DNA from: Candidatus Marinacidobacterales bacterium
GTDB lineage: Bacteria > Acidobacteriota > Vicinamibacteria > Marinacidobacterales > DATDRI01
DNA length: 64,000 bases
Assembly: GCA_965219415.1 (NCBI GenBank)
Contig: CBDCNP010000002.1
Coordinates: forward strand, 3,776,001 to 3,840,000
Direction: 5' to 3'
In this document: positions 10,242-21,617 of the stretch, piece after piece
Position numbering within the stretch: the first letter of the stretch is position 1
Layout: the number at the start of each line of letters is the position of its first letter
Position numbers and translations under genes: made by a program
Notes under the pieces: model-generated
Database searches by the model: none
Seen by the model: the letters and a program-made list of their open reading frames with translations, nothing else
What the model was told of the DNA's origin: nothing

Positions 10242-12705
10242 TCACTCGATACGCAGCGCGACCAGCGGGTCTTACGCGAGACGCCCGGTAGGCCGGAGCG
10301 TAGCACGCAACGAGTGCGATCATCGCGAGCAAGGCGGCGGCTCCAGCAAAGCTCAGCGGATCGGCTGGGCTCACTTCGTAAAGAAGTGTCGCGAGAAACC
10401 TCGCCAGAACGAAAGACACGGCGAGCCCTACCCCTGCACCCAGCACGACCAGTTTCATTCCCTGTGCCAGCACCCTTTTCCGAACCTGACCGGGTGCCTC
10501 TCCGAGCGCCATCCGTATCCCGATCTCTCGCGTCTGCCGGCCGACGTAATAAGAGATGACGCCGAAGATCCCGAGCGACGTGAGGAGCAGCGCCGCGGCT
10601 CCGAAGATCCCCATCAGGGTGAGAGAAAACCGAGACTGGGCAAGGGCGTCCTCGACGTAGATCGCCATCGGCGTCAAATCGTTGACAGGAACGTCGCGAT
10701 CGAGCCGTGCCACTTCGTTTCGAATGAGCGGGTGCAGCACTGCGAGATCGCCCTCGGCACGCAGTGCCACCGAAAAAGAACGACCCGTCGGATCGGGAGA
10801 ATAGATCTGAGGCCGGACATCGGCTCGAAGATCAAGGAGGCGAACATGCTCTACCACGCCGACTACTTCCGCGAACGGCTCGTCGCTTCCGGTGGGTCCG
10901 ATCTGAAGCTGCTCTCCCACCGCGTTGCCTCCCGGCCATACCCGTTCGGCCAGAGTCGTATCGATGACGATAACCTGCCTATCGTTCTCGGCATCCTGCT
11001 CGGTAAAGAAGCGCCCCGCCATCAGACGTGAGCCTAGACTTCGTAAGTAATCCGGTGACGCTCCACGACGATCTGCCGTCACACTCTCCCAATTGCGCGC
11101 GGTTTCTTCATCGTAGGCGTACGGTTGAAGAGAACCGCTTCCGATGAGTGGGAGCTGAGAGGTGGCACCCACGGAAACGACTCCTGGCAAACCCAACAGT
11201 TTCTCCTTGAGCTCTCGGTAGAAGACTCTGCGAGGGGCATCCTCCTCATACTTCGAGCCAGGGAGCGACAGGTTGAACGTGATCAGCCCTTTTGGCTCGA
11301 AACCCGGACGCACCTGCTGGAGCGAAGCGAAGCTCCGGATCATGAGCCCGGCGCCAATCAGGAGCATCAGAGAAAGCGCTACTTCGGCGACGACCAACAC
11401 GTTCCTCAAGCGATTGTGGCCGCCGGACCCGGCGCCCCGTCTCCCTTCTTTCAAGGTGCTTACCAAATCAACCCGGGCACCTTGAAGCGCCGGAACGAGA
11501 CCGAAAACGAGCGCGGTAAGAAGACTCACTGTCGCGGCGAAGAACAAGACCGAACCATCGATGCCGATCTCCGGCAGTCGCGGGAGATTCGAGGGGCCAA
11601 GCGCCACCAGTGCTGAGAGACCGGCATGGGTAATCGCCAATCCAAGGGCCCAGCCACCGAGTGCCAACAGCAGGCTCTCCATCAAGAGTCTTCCGGTCAT
11701 GCGCAACCGACTCGCACCCAAGGCGGACTGAATTGCGAACTCTTTCTCTCTCGCCGTGCCGCGCGCCAATAGTAGGTTCGCCACGTTGGCACAAACGATG
11801 AGCAAAACGAACGCCACCGCCCCGAGAAGCGCAAAGAGAGCGGGTTGTGCGTTCTTGACTACGTCGTAGTGAAGAGGCACCACACGGATCCTGAGGTTCG
11901 ACGACTCGTGTACGGCGTGCTCGGCCCTAAGTTCGGCTGCGATGCCGTCCATCTCCGCTTGCGCCTGCTCGAAGGTAACTCCTGGCTTCAGCCGACCGAA
12001 GACCGAGAAAAACGTGTAGTTTCTCGGCGGCATCTGGCCGTAATCGACCTGGAGCGGGACCCAGACGTCGGAATGTTTGAGCATGAAAGCCTCAGCGGGG
12101 AGGAGGAGTCTAAATCTATCTGGCAGAACCCCGACCACCGTATGGTCGACGTGGTCAATCTGGATGGTGCGACCCACCAGCTCGGAATCGCCTCCGAACC
12201 TACGCTGCCAGAGACCGTGGCTGATCATTGCGACCTTCGGACCGTTGGTAACTTCTTCCCCCGGCTCGAAGTGCCGCCCAAGCACCGGGTCGACACCGAA
12301 GAGGGGAAAGAAGTTTGCGCTAACGGGTGAGAGGTCAATCCTTTCCGGCTCGCCTTCTCCGGTCAAAATGCCGGTGAGCCCAGTGATGCGATCACCCGAG
12401 GCGGCGGCGAACTGCTCGAAGAGTTGGCTCTTGTCTTGGTAGTCGCGATAGTCGAGGGGATGGACCGCCGGTAAGGACTGAGCGCCCTGGCCGAGATCAT
12501 TCCAAATGACCGCTAGTCGGTCGGGTGCGGCGTAGGGGAGCGGTTGCATCAACACACCGTGAACAATACTAAAGATGGTCGTGTTGGCACCGATCCCGAG
12601 GGCAAGCGTGATGACGACCAGAGTCGAGAAGCCTGCATTCTTTCTCAAGGCTCGGACGGCGTACTTCAAATCGCTGAAGATGGCGTCTAGCATCGTCTCC
12701 CCCAA
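10242..12705 (-). CDS. ADOP-family ABC transporter permease (MacB/FtsX duplicated)
   Basis: DLKYAVRALRK, LALGIGANTTIFS, LLIVCANVANLLLAR, REIGIRMALG. A 1-nt insertion hides the C-terminal RVDPLVALRIE* ending at 10242. Confidence 0.95.
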
Positions 12706-12755
12706 GGGTTCAAAAAAGGATTTTCGCGAAACTACTCCCTCTCCTTATACGACAA

Positions 12756-12781
12756 TACGCGAAGCGGATCGGAAAGTTTCA
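12756..12781 (-). promoter_or_regulatory. Candidate ECF sigma factor (SigW-like) promoter for the ADOP permease
   Basis: TGAAAC-N16-CGTA, about 50 nt upstream of the start. Confidence 0.6.
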
Positions 12782-12839
12782 CCGATCGCTCATAAATCGG
12801 TTCAGTCCCGCAAAACCTTGATTCGAAAAGGTGTTTCAT

Positions 12840-14454
12840 TCATTTTGTCGGGAGGGTCACGACAAATGTCGTTCCTTTACCGAGCTCGCTGACCACGCGG
12901 AGCTCTCCGCCTAGCCCTCGAACAATCTGCCGTGCCGTAAAGAGACTCCAGTTCCCAGCCGAGATACGGCCGTCGGCGATCTGAAAAGCCGGATCAAAAA
13001 GACGAGCCACCTCATCCGGTTCCATCCCATCCCCACTATTCTCAATCCGAATCTCGATCCGCTCTCCTAAAGCCTCGGTCGAGACAACGATTTTCCCTTC
13101 ACCGTCGCTGGGCCGGTAAGCCTCAATCGCATATCGAAGCAAACTCGCGAGGCTGGCGCTCAATGATTGTCGCTGGCACCGCGGCGAGTGCCACCACGTC
13201 CGATAAGAGTTCGTTCAAATCGACTTCCTGGACCTCCGCGCGATCCAGATTCGTGAAACGTTGGATTCGTGAGATGACTTGCTCCATCCGCTCCAGGGAT
13301 GCGTCCAACGACTTCCGGAGATCCGCCTGCACCGCCTCCAGACGCTCCTGCTCGTCGGGCGGCGCCGAGCCTCTTCGGGCTGCCGCTCGCACTAGAGTAT
13401 CGACCGTGCTTTTCAAGGTCCCGAGAGGAGTGTTGAACTCGTGGCTCAAGGCCGCCGCCAACCGACCAAGACTCTCGATGTTCTCGGCGATCAGCATGCG
13501 CCGTTGCATTTCCCACCGCTCGCGCTCGATGCGAATGCCTGCGACGTTGGCCATGGCGGTCAAAAGGTTCAGATCATCCCCGGTGAACTCTCGTCGACGA
13601 TCGACGGAATCCAGATACACCAATCCGATGACACGATCTTCTGTTTGAAGCGGGACCGCGATCAGGGAGTGCACCCCCTGATCGACGACGGTTCGGCTAC
13701 CCTTCAGCAACTGGTCCTGACGCGCATCGCGGACCAAAAGAGAGGCCTTTTCCTTGAGCACCTTGTCTCTTACGCTGGTGCTAATGCGGAGCTCCGCGCC
13801 GCGGGACGCTTGCACCACCAACCGGTCCGCCTCATCGAGTGTCAGCAGCACCCCGCGCTCGGCCCCGACCGCTTCCAACGACAGATCGAGTGTGATGCGG
13901 AAGAGCTCCGGCAGCGGTCGCCGTATTGCTAACTCTCGACCGGCCCGTACCAACACCCATAGTGCACTGACTCGAGGTACCGGAGCGGCGCCGGCAACGA
14001 TTTGCCTCTCGGAACGTTCGGACAACAAGATCTCTTTCAGAGACGTGCTTTCGGCACTCAACGGCGTCGCGTCGGTCGGCGGCTCGAATTTCACACTGCT
14101 GGGGCCGGCGCCCGGTCCCTTGAACGTCATCGTCACGCCGCTTGCGGCGATGCTATCCCCTGGCTGGAGGTAGTGCCGACTCCGAACGAGAGCACCGTTC
14201 ACAAACGTTCCGTTCTTGCTCGCCAAGTTCTTGACGAACCACTGATCCCCTTCCTTTTCGATAGTCAGGTGCCGGCGAGAGAGACCGTCATCTTCTGGGA
14301 AGGAAAGCGTGTTGGTTGCCGACCTCCCGACGGAGATCGCACTGTCCTCGAGACGGATCGCACTCGTACGGCCGGACTGTGTGGTGACGAGAAGCTCGTG
14401 GACGAGTTCCCCGCGACCAAGGGTCCTCGCGTTCGCGTCCGGTGACTCGGTCAT
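12840..14454 (-). CDS. FHA-GAF-histidine kinase-like protein, frameshift or short deletion near 13170
   Basis: FHA (VGRS, LSRRH, SKNGTFVNG), GAF (SLIAVPL..IGLVYLD), H-box LSHEFNTPL, and HATPase in ORF 12840..13163. Confidence 0.85.
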
Positions 14455-14615
14455 TCCGCTTCGCTCTCCTCGGCGGTTCCGGCGGCGACCTAGAAGAAAG
14501 AGGCTTCACTCCGGTTTCCTTATGACGAGAGGTTGAGCGAGCCTATTATAGATTTTGGGCCTGCTTCCCGGCAATCAGGGCGCAAGCAACAGAGCGGGCC
14601 GCTTTCAAACGGGCT

Positions 14616-16367
14616 TCAAACGATCAGGCGCACGCCGCCAAGCTCCGCCAACCCATACAAGAAGTGGTCCCCGGGGGAACCGATGAACATGAAATTCGCC
14701 GGAACGTTCCACTCCTTGGACAGTTCCTGGATGAGCTTGGGGCCGAACTTGCCGTGCTGCACCACGAACTCGATATCGATCTCCGGGTAGGCCTCGTCCA
14801 GGAACTTCAGGTCTTTCTTGAGCCGCGGGGGAACCTCGCTCTCGTCCTGAACGACGGTGACGACCTTGATCCGGTTGGTGTGTTCGTTGTTCCGGACGTA
14901 GAGCAGGGCCTCGTTGAGGTTGTGGAGCTGCTCACCGCGGGTGAAGAAAACAACCTGCTGCGAGTTGATCTCCTCGATCTTGATACGGATAGCCTGAGAA
15001 ACGGCGGTCGTGGTGTCGCCGATACTCTGGCTGATGCGTCTCAACATGAAGAGACTCGCCTTGAGCAGCCCGATGCGTCCGAGCATGATGTAGACCACCA
15101 GAGCCGTGGGTATGAAATAAATCAAGAACACACGGAAGTAAGCAGGGTTAGCCAGAAGATTCCCGGCCAGCCCCGCCAGTACCGCGAGGATCCCGACGAC
15201 CAGAGCGGGCCAAGAAGCCCTCGATGGACGAGGAAGGCGCGCCCTTTTGACCTTCAAGAGGATGTTGCCGACGCCGAAAAGTGCCATGACCGCGAGGAAA
15301 GAGATGGTATAGACGCCGGCGACCTTGGTCAGCTCACCCTTGGTGATGAAAATGACCGAGGTGCTGATCAGGAAAAACGTAATAATGATGAAATGGTTCG
15401 TCCCTCGACGATTGGTCTTGAGAAAGACTTGCGGAAGCCCACGGTCCAAAGTCATGCGCCTCAACAATCCGCCAACGCCAACATAGGATGTCAAGACCGC
15501 GCCGCTTAGAACGAGTCCCGCGTCGAGAGAAATTAGCCAAGCGAACCAAGGGCCACCCGCGATATCACCCATATGGGACAAGAGCGCTTCTTTGTGTGGC
15601 TCGACCTCGGGGATAGGCACTAACGCCAGCGCCAGAAAGGCGATGGCCGGATTGAATATGCTCACGGCGATCCACATGTTCCGAAGTGTTTTGGGGAAAA
15701 CATTCTCCGCCTGCTCTTCGACAAAGTTGGCAGAGCTCTCGAAACCCGAGATGCCTAGCATTGCCGCGGCGAACCCGAAGAACAAGGCTCGGGGGAGGCT
15801 CGCCGTAGGGGTCTGGAAATTAGAGACCAGCACATCCAGACCATTCGTGACAAGAAAGATGCCCCCTACCACTAGGAGTAGGGTCAGCGTCGTCAAGTGG
15901 GTGATGAAAATGGCGACAGCGACCTTCGCCGATTCGGTAATCCCCATGATGGTCAGCACCATGAAGACGGCGAGCAAAACAACGGTGGCAGGAATGACAG
16001 GGATCCTGTGCCACAACGAGTGAATGTAGTGCATGGCCTCGCTGGCCGAGATCACCGCGGTAGCCATGTACGACAAGACGGTGAGGCAAGCGGCCAACGA
16101 CGCCATGCGCTTGCTGGTGGTGTTGAGAAGCGCATTATAGGCACCACCATTTAGCGGTAGGGCGCCCACCACCTCGGCATAAATTCCGCGAAAGAGGTAA
16201 AGGACCGCGGCCACCAAGAGCAAAACGAGCCACGCCCATTTGCCAGCTGCGATGATCGCCAGCGCGGAAACGTAGAGGCACGACGAAGTAATGTCGTTGC
16301 CGCAAATAGCGGTAGCCGGGAGCTCGCCCAGGCCTCCGTGTTTTCTCTCGGTGACGTGCGCGGCCAC
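14616..16367 (-). CDS. APC family amino acid permease
   Basis: AICGNDITSSCLYV, PLNGGAYN, GISGFESSANFVEEQ, multiple TM segments. Confidence 0.92.
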   Translation of the reverse strand: MAAHVTERKHGGLGELPATAICGNDITSSCLYVSALAIIAAGKWAWLVLLLVAAVLYLFRGIYAEVVGALPLNGGAYNALLNTTSKRMASLAACLTVLSYMATAVISASEAMHYIHSLWHRIPVIPATVVLLAVFMVLTIMGITESAKVAVAIFITHLTTLTLLLVVGGIFLVTNGLDVLVSNFQTPTASLPRALFFGFAAAMLGISGFESSANFVEEQAENVFPKTLRNMWIAVSIFNPAIAFLALALVPIPEVEPHKEALLSHMGDIAGGPWFAWLISLDAGLVLSGAVLTSYVGVGGLLRRMTLDRGLPQVFLKTNRRGTNHFIIITFFLISTSVIFITKGELTKVAGVYTISFLAVMALFGVGNILLKVKRARLPRPSRASWPALVVGILAVLAGLAGNLLANPAYFRVFLIYFIPTALVVYIMLGRIGLLKASLFMLRRISQSIGDTTTAVSQAIRIKIEEINSQQVVFFTRGEQLHNLNEALLYVRNNEHTNRIKVVTVVQDESEVPPRLKKDLKFLDEAYPEIDIEFVVQHGKFGPKLIQELSKEWNVPANFMFIGSPGDHFLYGLAELGGVRLIV

Positions 16368-16394
16368 GTTTCTAGAGAGAGCCGTGACGAAGCA

Positions 16395-17013
16395 CTATAC
16401 GGGTTGGCGAAAAGCGAAGACGATGTAGACGAAGCCCGGGGCCGGGCGTCCCTCGTGACTCCCGGCGCTGAAGGTCCATGCCCTGGCCGCCTGGAGTGCC
16501 GCACCGTCGAATCCCGTAGATCCACCTATCGTCTTAGCGGACATCACCCGAGCCGGTGTCTCCGACTTCGACCTCGACGAGCACGTATGCGCTACCTATG
16601 GCATTCGGCGGATAATTCGGGACTTCGAGCGAGGTTGGAAAAGGAACCTCTTCGGAAGGCTGCGCGTCGACTTTCTTGGGCGCGTCGGGTTTAGGAAACA
16701 TCAGCATGGCGGGCCGGAAGACTCCCGCTACCAATACGTGACTGTCCACCCGTTGACCCCCGCCACGTGCAGGATTGAATGTCCAGCGACTAGCGGATGA
16801 CCGAAGGACGTCGGTAAAGGGTTCGACGTCCACGAGGTCGCGAACGTTCGTAACTGACCCGCGCGCGTCGACCGTTAGCTCCACGCCGACCACCGCCGCG
16901 GCCGCAGTCCTATATGGTATTTCTCCCACTTGTGCGCTAGCTACCCGAGCCGGCTCGAACCTCTGCGTCGCAGTTAGCACCATCGCAAGAGAAAGGACAG
17001 TCGTTCTCAACAT
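16395..17013 (-). CDS. Energy transducer TonB-like protein (two TonB-C domains), frameshifted
   Basis: VELTVDARGSV...WTFNPAR; YPPNAIGSAYVLVEVEV...FDGAALQAARAWTF...VYIVFAFRQPV*. Confidence 0.75.
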
Positions 17014-17170
17014 GTTTGCCTCCGAGTGTTTGGAAACAAGGTACCAGAATTCGATGTGGGTGTAAAAGGGCGAGTACACCAGTTTCCATTTCTCTCTCCG
17101 GCTCACGGTCATTTGGATGTGATACCCTTCGCCAGCGCGTCGACGAAGTAAAAAATGTAGGAGACAGACC

Positions 17171-17815
17171 ATGAGCCGAATCCGACTCAAATCGCAGCCC
17201 GTTCTCGCCTTCCTGTTAGGCGTCGGTTTCGCGAACCTCGCACCGGCACAGATGCCCACTATTGGACGGATCGGTTCGGTAACCGCGCGCGGCTTCTGGG
17301 CGGTGCCGTTGTAGGCAGCGTGAGAGATCTCAGTGCTATCTACTACAACCCCGGGAGCTTGGCCTTGGTGCCAACTGCCGAGCTTCTCTTGGCCGGGGAA
17401 CGTCCTCAGCTACACGCGCTACGACGCGACATCGGGTCCCGAACAGCAGAAGCTCTCCTCTTCGACCTTTGGCCTGAGCCCCTCTTTGTTCGCGGGTGAG
17501 GTTCCGAAAAAAGTCGTGGGCGACAACCGAATCGCCTACTCCTTCATGACCCGTCAGCAAACCAAACTCCGACTCCAAGGCCGAGGCAGCACTAGTGGAT
17601 CCGATTTCGATGTCCCGAACCTCAATGTTCTCGCCGACAATCTCCAGGTCGAGCAGGACATGAGCGAGCATTGGTTCGGAGTTAGTTATTCGAGAAGGGC
17701 CACCGCATACGTCGACTTCGGGGTCACGACCTACCTCGCGGTTCGCAATCAGGCGATGCAAACGCTGAACTTCGCGACCGCACTCGGGAACGGAAACCGC
17801 GCGGGCGTTGCTTTG
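17171..17815 (+). pseudogene. FadL/OmpP1-like outer membrane protein, N-terminal fragment
   Basis: Signal peptide, then across frameshifts HYWTDRFGNRARLLGGAVVG...SAIYYNPG; breaks off at about 17815. Confidence 0.6.
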
Positions 17816-18106
17816 CTCACCTTGAGACTCCACCTCGATGGTTGTGAGGAAAAACAGGGCGCACTGCGCGTGATTCCGGCTTCTCACAACTTCGGGAGGC
17901 TGCCAACCGAGAGCATTCCCCAGTTCACGCGGGGCTCTCACGAGATTTGCTGCGTTCCGAAAGGTGGCCTACTCGCCACGAAGCCGCTCCTCCTTCATTC
18001 TTCTCCCGCGTCGGTCACTGGCGGACATCGCCGGGTCATTCACCTGGACTTCGCGGTCCGCACGCTGCCCACTCCTTTGGAGTGGCACGAAAAGTACCGC
18101 TGGTAA
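17816..18106 (+). pseudogene. Phytanoyl-CoA dioxygenase (PhyH) family C-terminal fragment fused to the previous fragment
   Basis: LTLRLHLD...GALRVIPASH...PLLLHSS...HRRVIHLDF; the N-terminal HxD region is absent. Confidence 0.75.
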
Positions 18107-18139
18107 ATCTACAGCTTTAGCGCCGCGCGCTCCCGTTCC

Positions 18140-19231
18140 ATGGACCCCATCGCGCACACTCTCGTCGGCGCTGCACTCGCCCAGACTCGACTCGGGCGCA
18201 AGACCGCCTATGGAACGGCCGCTCTCGTTGTTGGCGCCAACCTACCCGACATCGACGGCGTGTCAATGCTCGTCGGTCTCGATCCTTCGCTTCTCTTTCG
18301 TCGCGGTTGGACGCACGGCATACTGGCGCTCGTCTTACTCCCGTTGGTGCTCACGGGATTCTTCGTTCTTTGGAATCGTCTGAAGCCACTCTCGTCCGAC
18401 GAGACGCCTCTCCGAGCGGGCATCCTTCTCGGCTTGTCCTACTTCGCGATCGCGACGCACCCGACTCTCGACTGGCTGAACAATTACGGCATGCGTTGGC
18501 TCATGCCCTTCGAGGGCCAGTGGTACTACGGCGACGCACTGTTCATCACCGACCCCTGGATCTGGCTCGTGCTGGGAGGTGTGGTCTTTCTGTTCCGTTC
18601 GCAGAGGTTGGCGAGCCTCGTCGGCTGGGCGACTCTCGCAGGGATCTGGCTGTTGCTTCTATTCGGCGTGCCCGGGCTGTGGCCGGCGAAGGTTCTCTGG
18701 TGCATCGGCCTCATCATCGTCATCGCGATGCGCGTCCGACGCGTCGGCCACAGAGAACCTGCCGCGAATCGCCTCGCCCTCAGTGCTATTGCCATCGTTT
18801 TCTTCTATATCGTTGCGATGTACGGCACCGCGCGGTACGCCCGCTCGGCGACAGAGAAAAGCCTTGCCGACCGCGGAATTCAGGTGGAGAAAATCATGGT
18901 GGCCGCGGTTCCGGTTACGCCGTTCGTCAAGGACGTCGTCGCCCAAACGCCGCAAGGCTATCGGTACGGCAAGGCGCGGCTATTCCCCCGATTCGAGCTC
19001 GAGTTGGCTCCCCCAACGCTCCCGCTACTTGAAGAATCCCCTGCCGTGCAAAAGGCGATCGCATCGCCGAACGTACGTGGATTCCTGAACTGGGCCCGTT
19101 TTCCCTTCGCAGACGTCGAGGAAGACTTGTCGGGATTCACCGTCTACCTGTTGGATGCAAGGTACACGCGCTCGAGGTCGGTAGGGTTCGGAGCGGCTCG
19201 CATCGAAGTCTCGAAAGATCCACTCGACTGA
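18140..19231 (+). CDS. Membrane metal-dependent hydrolase (YdjM/YfhP-like)
   Basis: MDPIAHTL, GANLPDID, RRGWTHG, THPTLDWLNNYGMRWL. Confidence 0.88.
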   Translation: MDPIAHTLVGAALAQTRLGRKTAYGTAALVVGANLPDIDGVSMLVGLDPSLLFRRGWTHGILALVLLPLVLTGFFVLWNRLKPLSSDETPLRAGILLGLSYFAIATHPTLDWLNNYGMRWLMPFEGQWYYGDALFITDPWIWLVLGGVVFLFRSQRLASLVGWATLAGIWLLLLFGVPGLWPAKVLWCIGLIIVIAMRVRRVGHREPAANRLALSAIAIVFFYIVAMYGTARYARSATEKSLADRGIQVEKIMVAAVPVTPFVKDVVAQTPQGYRYGKARLFPRFELELAPPTLPLLEESPAVQKAIASPNVRGFLNWARFPFADVEEDLSGFTVYLLDARYTRSRSVGFGAARIEVSKDPLD

Positions 19232-19403
19232 AACGTGGCTCGACCGGGAGAGGCAAAGCCTCTCTTCAACTTCCGACCCAATCCCCTGGCTGTCCTGACG
19301 ACGACGAGATGGCCCCTCCTCGGACCGGCGTACGTTTGGCGGAATTCGCCCCAATTTGCCGAATAGGCTATGTATTTACCGGGTTTGTGTGATAGAAACG
19401 TTC

Positions 19404-20651
19404 ATGCCACCAAGAAAAAAAGCCGCTACTCGTCCATCTCGTAAACCTAAATCCAAGACCCGGACCAAGAAAAAGAGCGTGAAGCGGAAGACCGCCAAGT
19501 CACGAAAAAAGGCCGTCAAGAAAGCGGTCAGGTCCAAGAAAAAAGCCACGGCCAAGAAAGCGGCAAAGCGCAGGAAAATCAGCACCAAGGAAGCCCGGAG
19601 AAGGACGGGCCGGAAGAAAACGAAGACGGCGAGCGGAGTACCTCAATACCTACTTTCCGTCGACGTCGAGAACATACGTTGCTTCGGACCGACGCAAACC
19701 CTCCAACTTTCTGGGGCTCGGCCAACCCCCTATGCCTGGACCGTGATCTTTGGCGACAACGGCTCTGGCAAAACGACACTCCTCCAGGCGGTCTGCGGTA
19801 TCGCATCGACGCTCCAGGACCGTAAGGAAGTGCCGTCGTTCATCCGATACAACTGGCGGCCTCAAAGACGGACCACCAAGCCGGCTCAGGTTACCGCACA
19901 AGTGCTTCTTCGTCCACGGGAGGTCGCCCCGTTTACCGTGCGTTACGCACCGGAACGACGGCGAACCAGTCCTCCGCCCCGGTGGGATTTCGACCGCGAC
20001 GGCATGCTGAGCTACTGCGGCTACGGTGCCTCTCGCCGGCACGGGCAGGCCGCGGATTCCGGCCGTAAGCCGCTGGAGTCCTCTGGGGACGAAAGCCTAT
20101 TCATCGACGACGCGGAGCTACTCAACGCCGAAGAGTGGTTCCTACAAATGAGCCACTTCGGCCCCGCCCGTCGCCAGCTCCGGGAAGCTCGCGCGGCAAA
20201 GAAAGTGCGCGACCTGCTCGCGTCCATCCTCCTCGACGTCTCCGACATCCGTATCGCTTCGCGGCAAGGCCGCGCCGCCGTCGAGTTCAAGACACATTAC
20301 GGCTGGGTACCGTTGAAGGAGCTCAGTATGGGCTACCGCACGCTGATCGCTTGGGTCGTCGATTACGCTCGCCGCCTCTACGTCTTGAATCCGCGGAGCT
20401 CGAACCCCCTCGCGGCCCCCGCCGTCGTCTGTATCGATGAAATCGATCTCCATTTGCACCAACGATGGCAACGTAACCTGATGACGTTTTTATCGGAGAC
20501 CTTTCCGAAGACACAATTCATTTGCACGGCACACAATCGTGCCGTGGCCCAGGCCGTTCCCCGCGACGCCAACCTCGTTCTGTTGCGGCGCAAGGGAGAC
20601 CACGTCGAGATTCATAACCATGCCGCGGAGCTCCTGGAGGGCGTGCGTTGA
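19404..20651 (+). CDS. ABC-type ATPase (AAA_21/PtuA-like) with N-terminal Lys/Arg-rich histone-H1-like tail
   Basis: About 75 aa basic tail, VENIRCF, Walker A GDNGSGKT, YGASR, LSMG, Walker B IDEIDLHLH, QFICTAH. Confidence 0.88.
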   Translation: MPPRKKAATRPSRKPKSKTRTKKKSVKRKTAKSRKKAVKKAVRSKKKATAKKAAKRRKISTKEARRRTGRKKTKTASGVPQYLLSVDVENIRCFGPTQTLQLSGARPTPYAWTVIFGDNGSGKTTLLQAVCGIASTLQDRKEVPSFIRYNWRPQRRTTKPAQVTAQVLLRPREVAPFTVRYAPERRRTSPPPRWDFDRDGMLSYCGYGASRRHGQAADSGRKPLESSGDESLFIDDAELLNAEEWFLQMSHFGPARRQLREARAAKKVRDLLASILLDVSDIRIASRQGRAAVEFKTHYGWVPLKELSMGYRTLIAWVVDYARRLYVLNPRSSNPLAAPAVVCIDEIDLHLHQRWQRNLMTFLSETFPKTQFICTAHNRAVAQAVPRDANLVLLRRKGDHVEIHNHAAELLEGVR

Positions 20652-20815
20652 TTGGACTCGACGTCGAAGACGACTAGCCTGAACAATAGTTAGACAGCCC
20701 TCCCACCTAGGCCTCGGGTCGCAAGAACGGCACGATGCCTCTGCGCCGAACTGCAACTATCATCCCACCGGACGTCACGAGAAGAAGGGCACGTTTGCCG
20801 GATCGGCAAAGAGCC

Positions 20816-21132
20816 CGTCCTGTGCCAAAACTCGGCCCTTTTGAAAGACCATGGCTGTAATTTAATGCACCGTAAAGTCTTAGCGTCATTTTACCAACAC
20901 TTAATGGCGGAAGCACCCATGAGGTCTGTGTGAGCAGCAGGGCTGCCCGATCGAACAACGGCTGCCTGACCAACAGTAGGATTTGCACATGGTACGTCAT
21001 GATGGATCCGAAGATAACACCCTCGGGCCAGACGATTGTAAAGCCCACAGCCCTTGGCACCGTCGCAAAACACAGACGCTAAGCTGCTGATTTATCGGCT
21101 ATTTCAAGAGGGCCGAGTTTTGGCACAGGACG
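20816..21132 (-). mobile_element. MITE-like internally deleted copy of the element at 26858-28285
   Basis: Terminal IRs CGTCCTGTGCCAAAACTCGGCCCT; retains the transposase start MMTYHVQILLLV on the minus strand. Confidence 0.85.
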
Positions 21133-21483
21133 CGGTTGGCGCTCGAGAACGATCCGCAACGCTCGAACATGGATTTCATCTTAGTGCGCCGTCGCGGCGC
21201 CCCGCCGTTGAACATCGACGGCCTGCCGATCGTGAAACTGCCATGGGGACGTATCACCGCGATCGATCTCAACGAGGGCGAAATCGTATGGCAGGTGGCG
21301 CACGGAGAGACGCCAGACAACATTCGCGAGCATCCGGCCCTACAGGGTGTGACGATCCCCCGAACCGGCCAGGTGGGACGCATCGGTACACTCGTCACGA
21401 AGACTCTCGTGATCGCCGGCGATTGCACGCTATTCACGACACCATCCGGTGAGGAGGGTGCCATGCTGCGCGCCTACGATAAG
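21133..21483 (+). pseudogene. C-terminal fragment of a PQQ-dependent (quinoprotein glucose) dehydrogenase
   Basis: GLPIVKLPWGRITAIDLNEGEIVWQVAHG...LVTKTLVIAG...MLRAYDK; starts at the element end. Confidence 0.8.
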
Positions 21484-21617
21484 GTGCATCTCTCCTTGTT
21501 CCTTGAAATTCAGAACTGCTCTGAGTTCGTAAACCGTCATCGGGCGAGATGCGCGCGGCACCGGCGATGGTGCCTTTCGGATCATCGCCTGTCGGGAGAA
21601 TGAGGCGGCGTCTAGCC

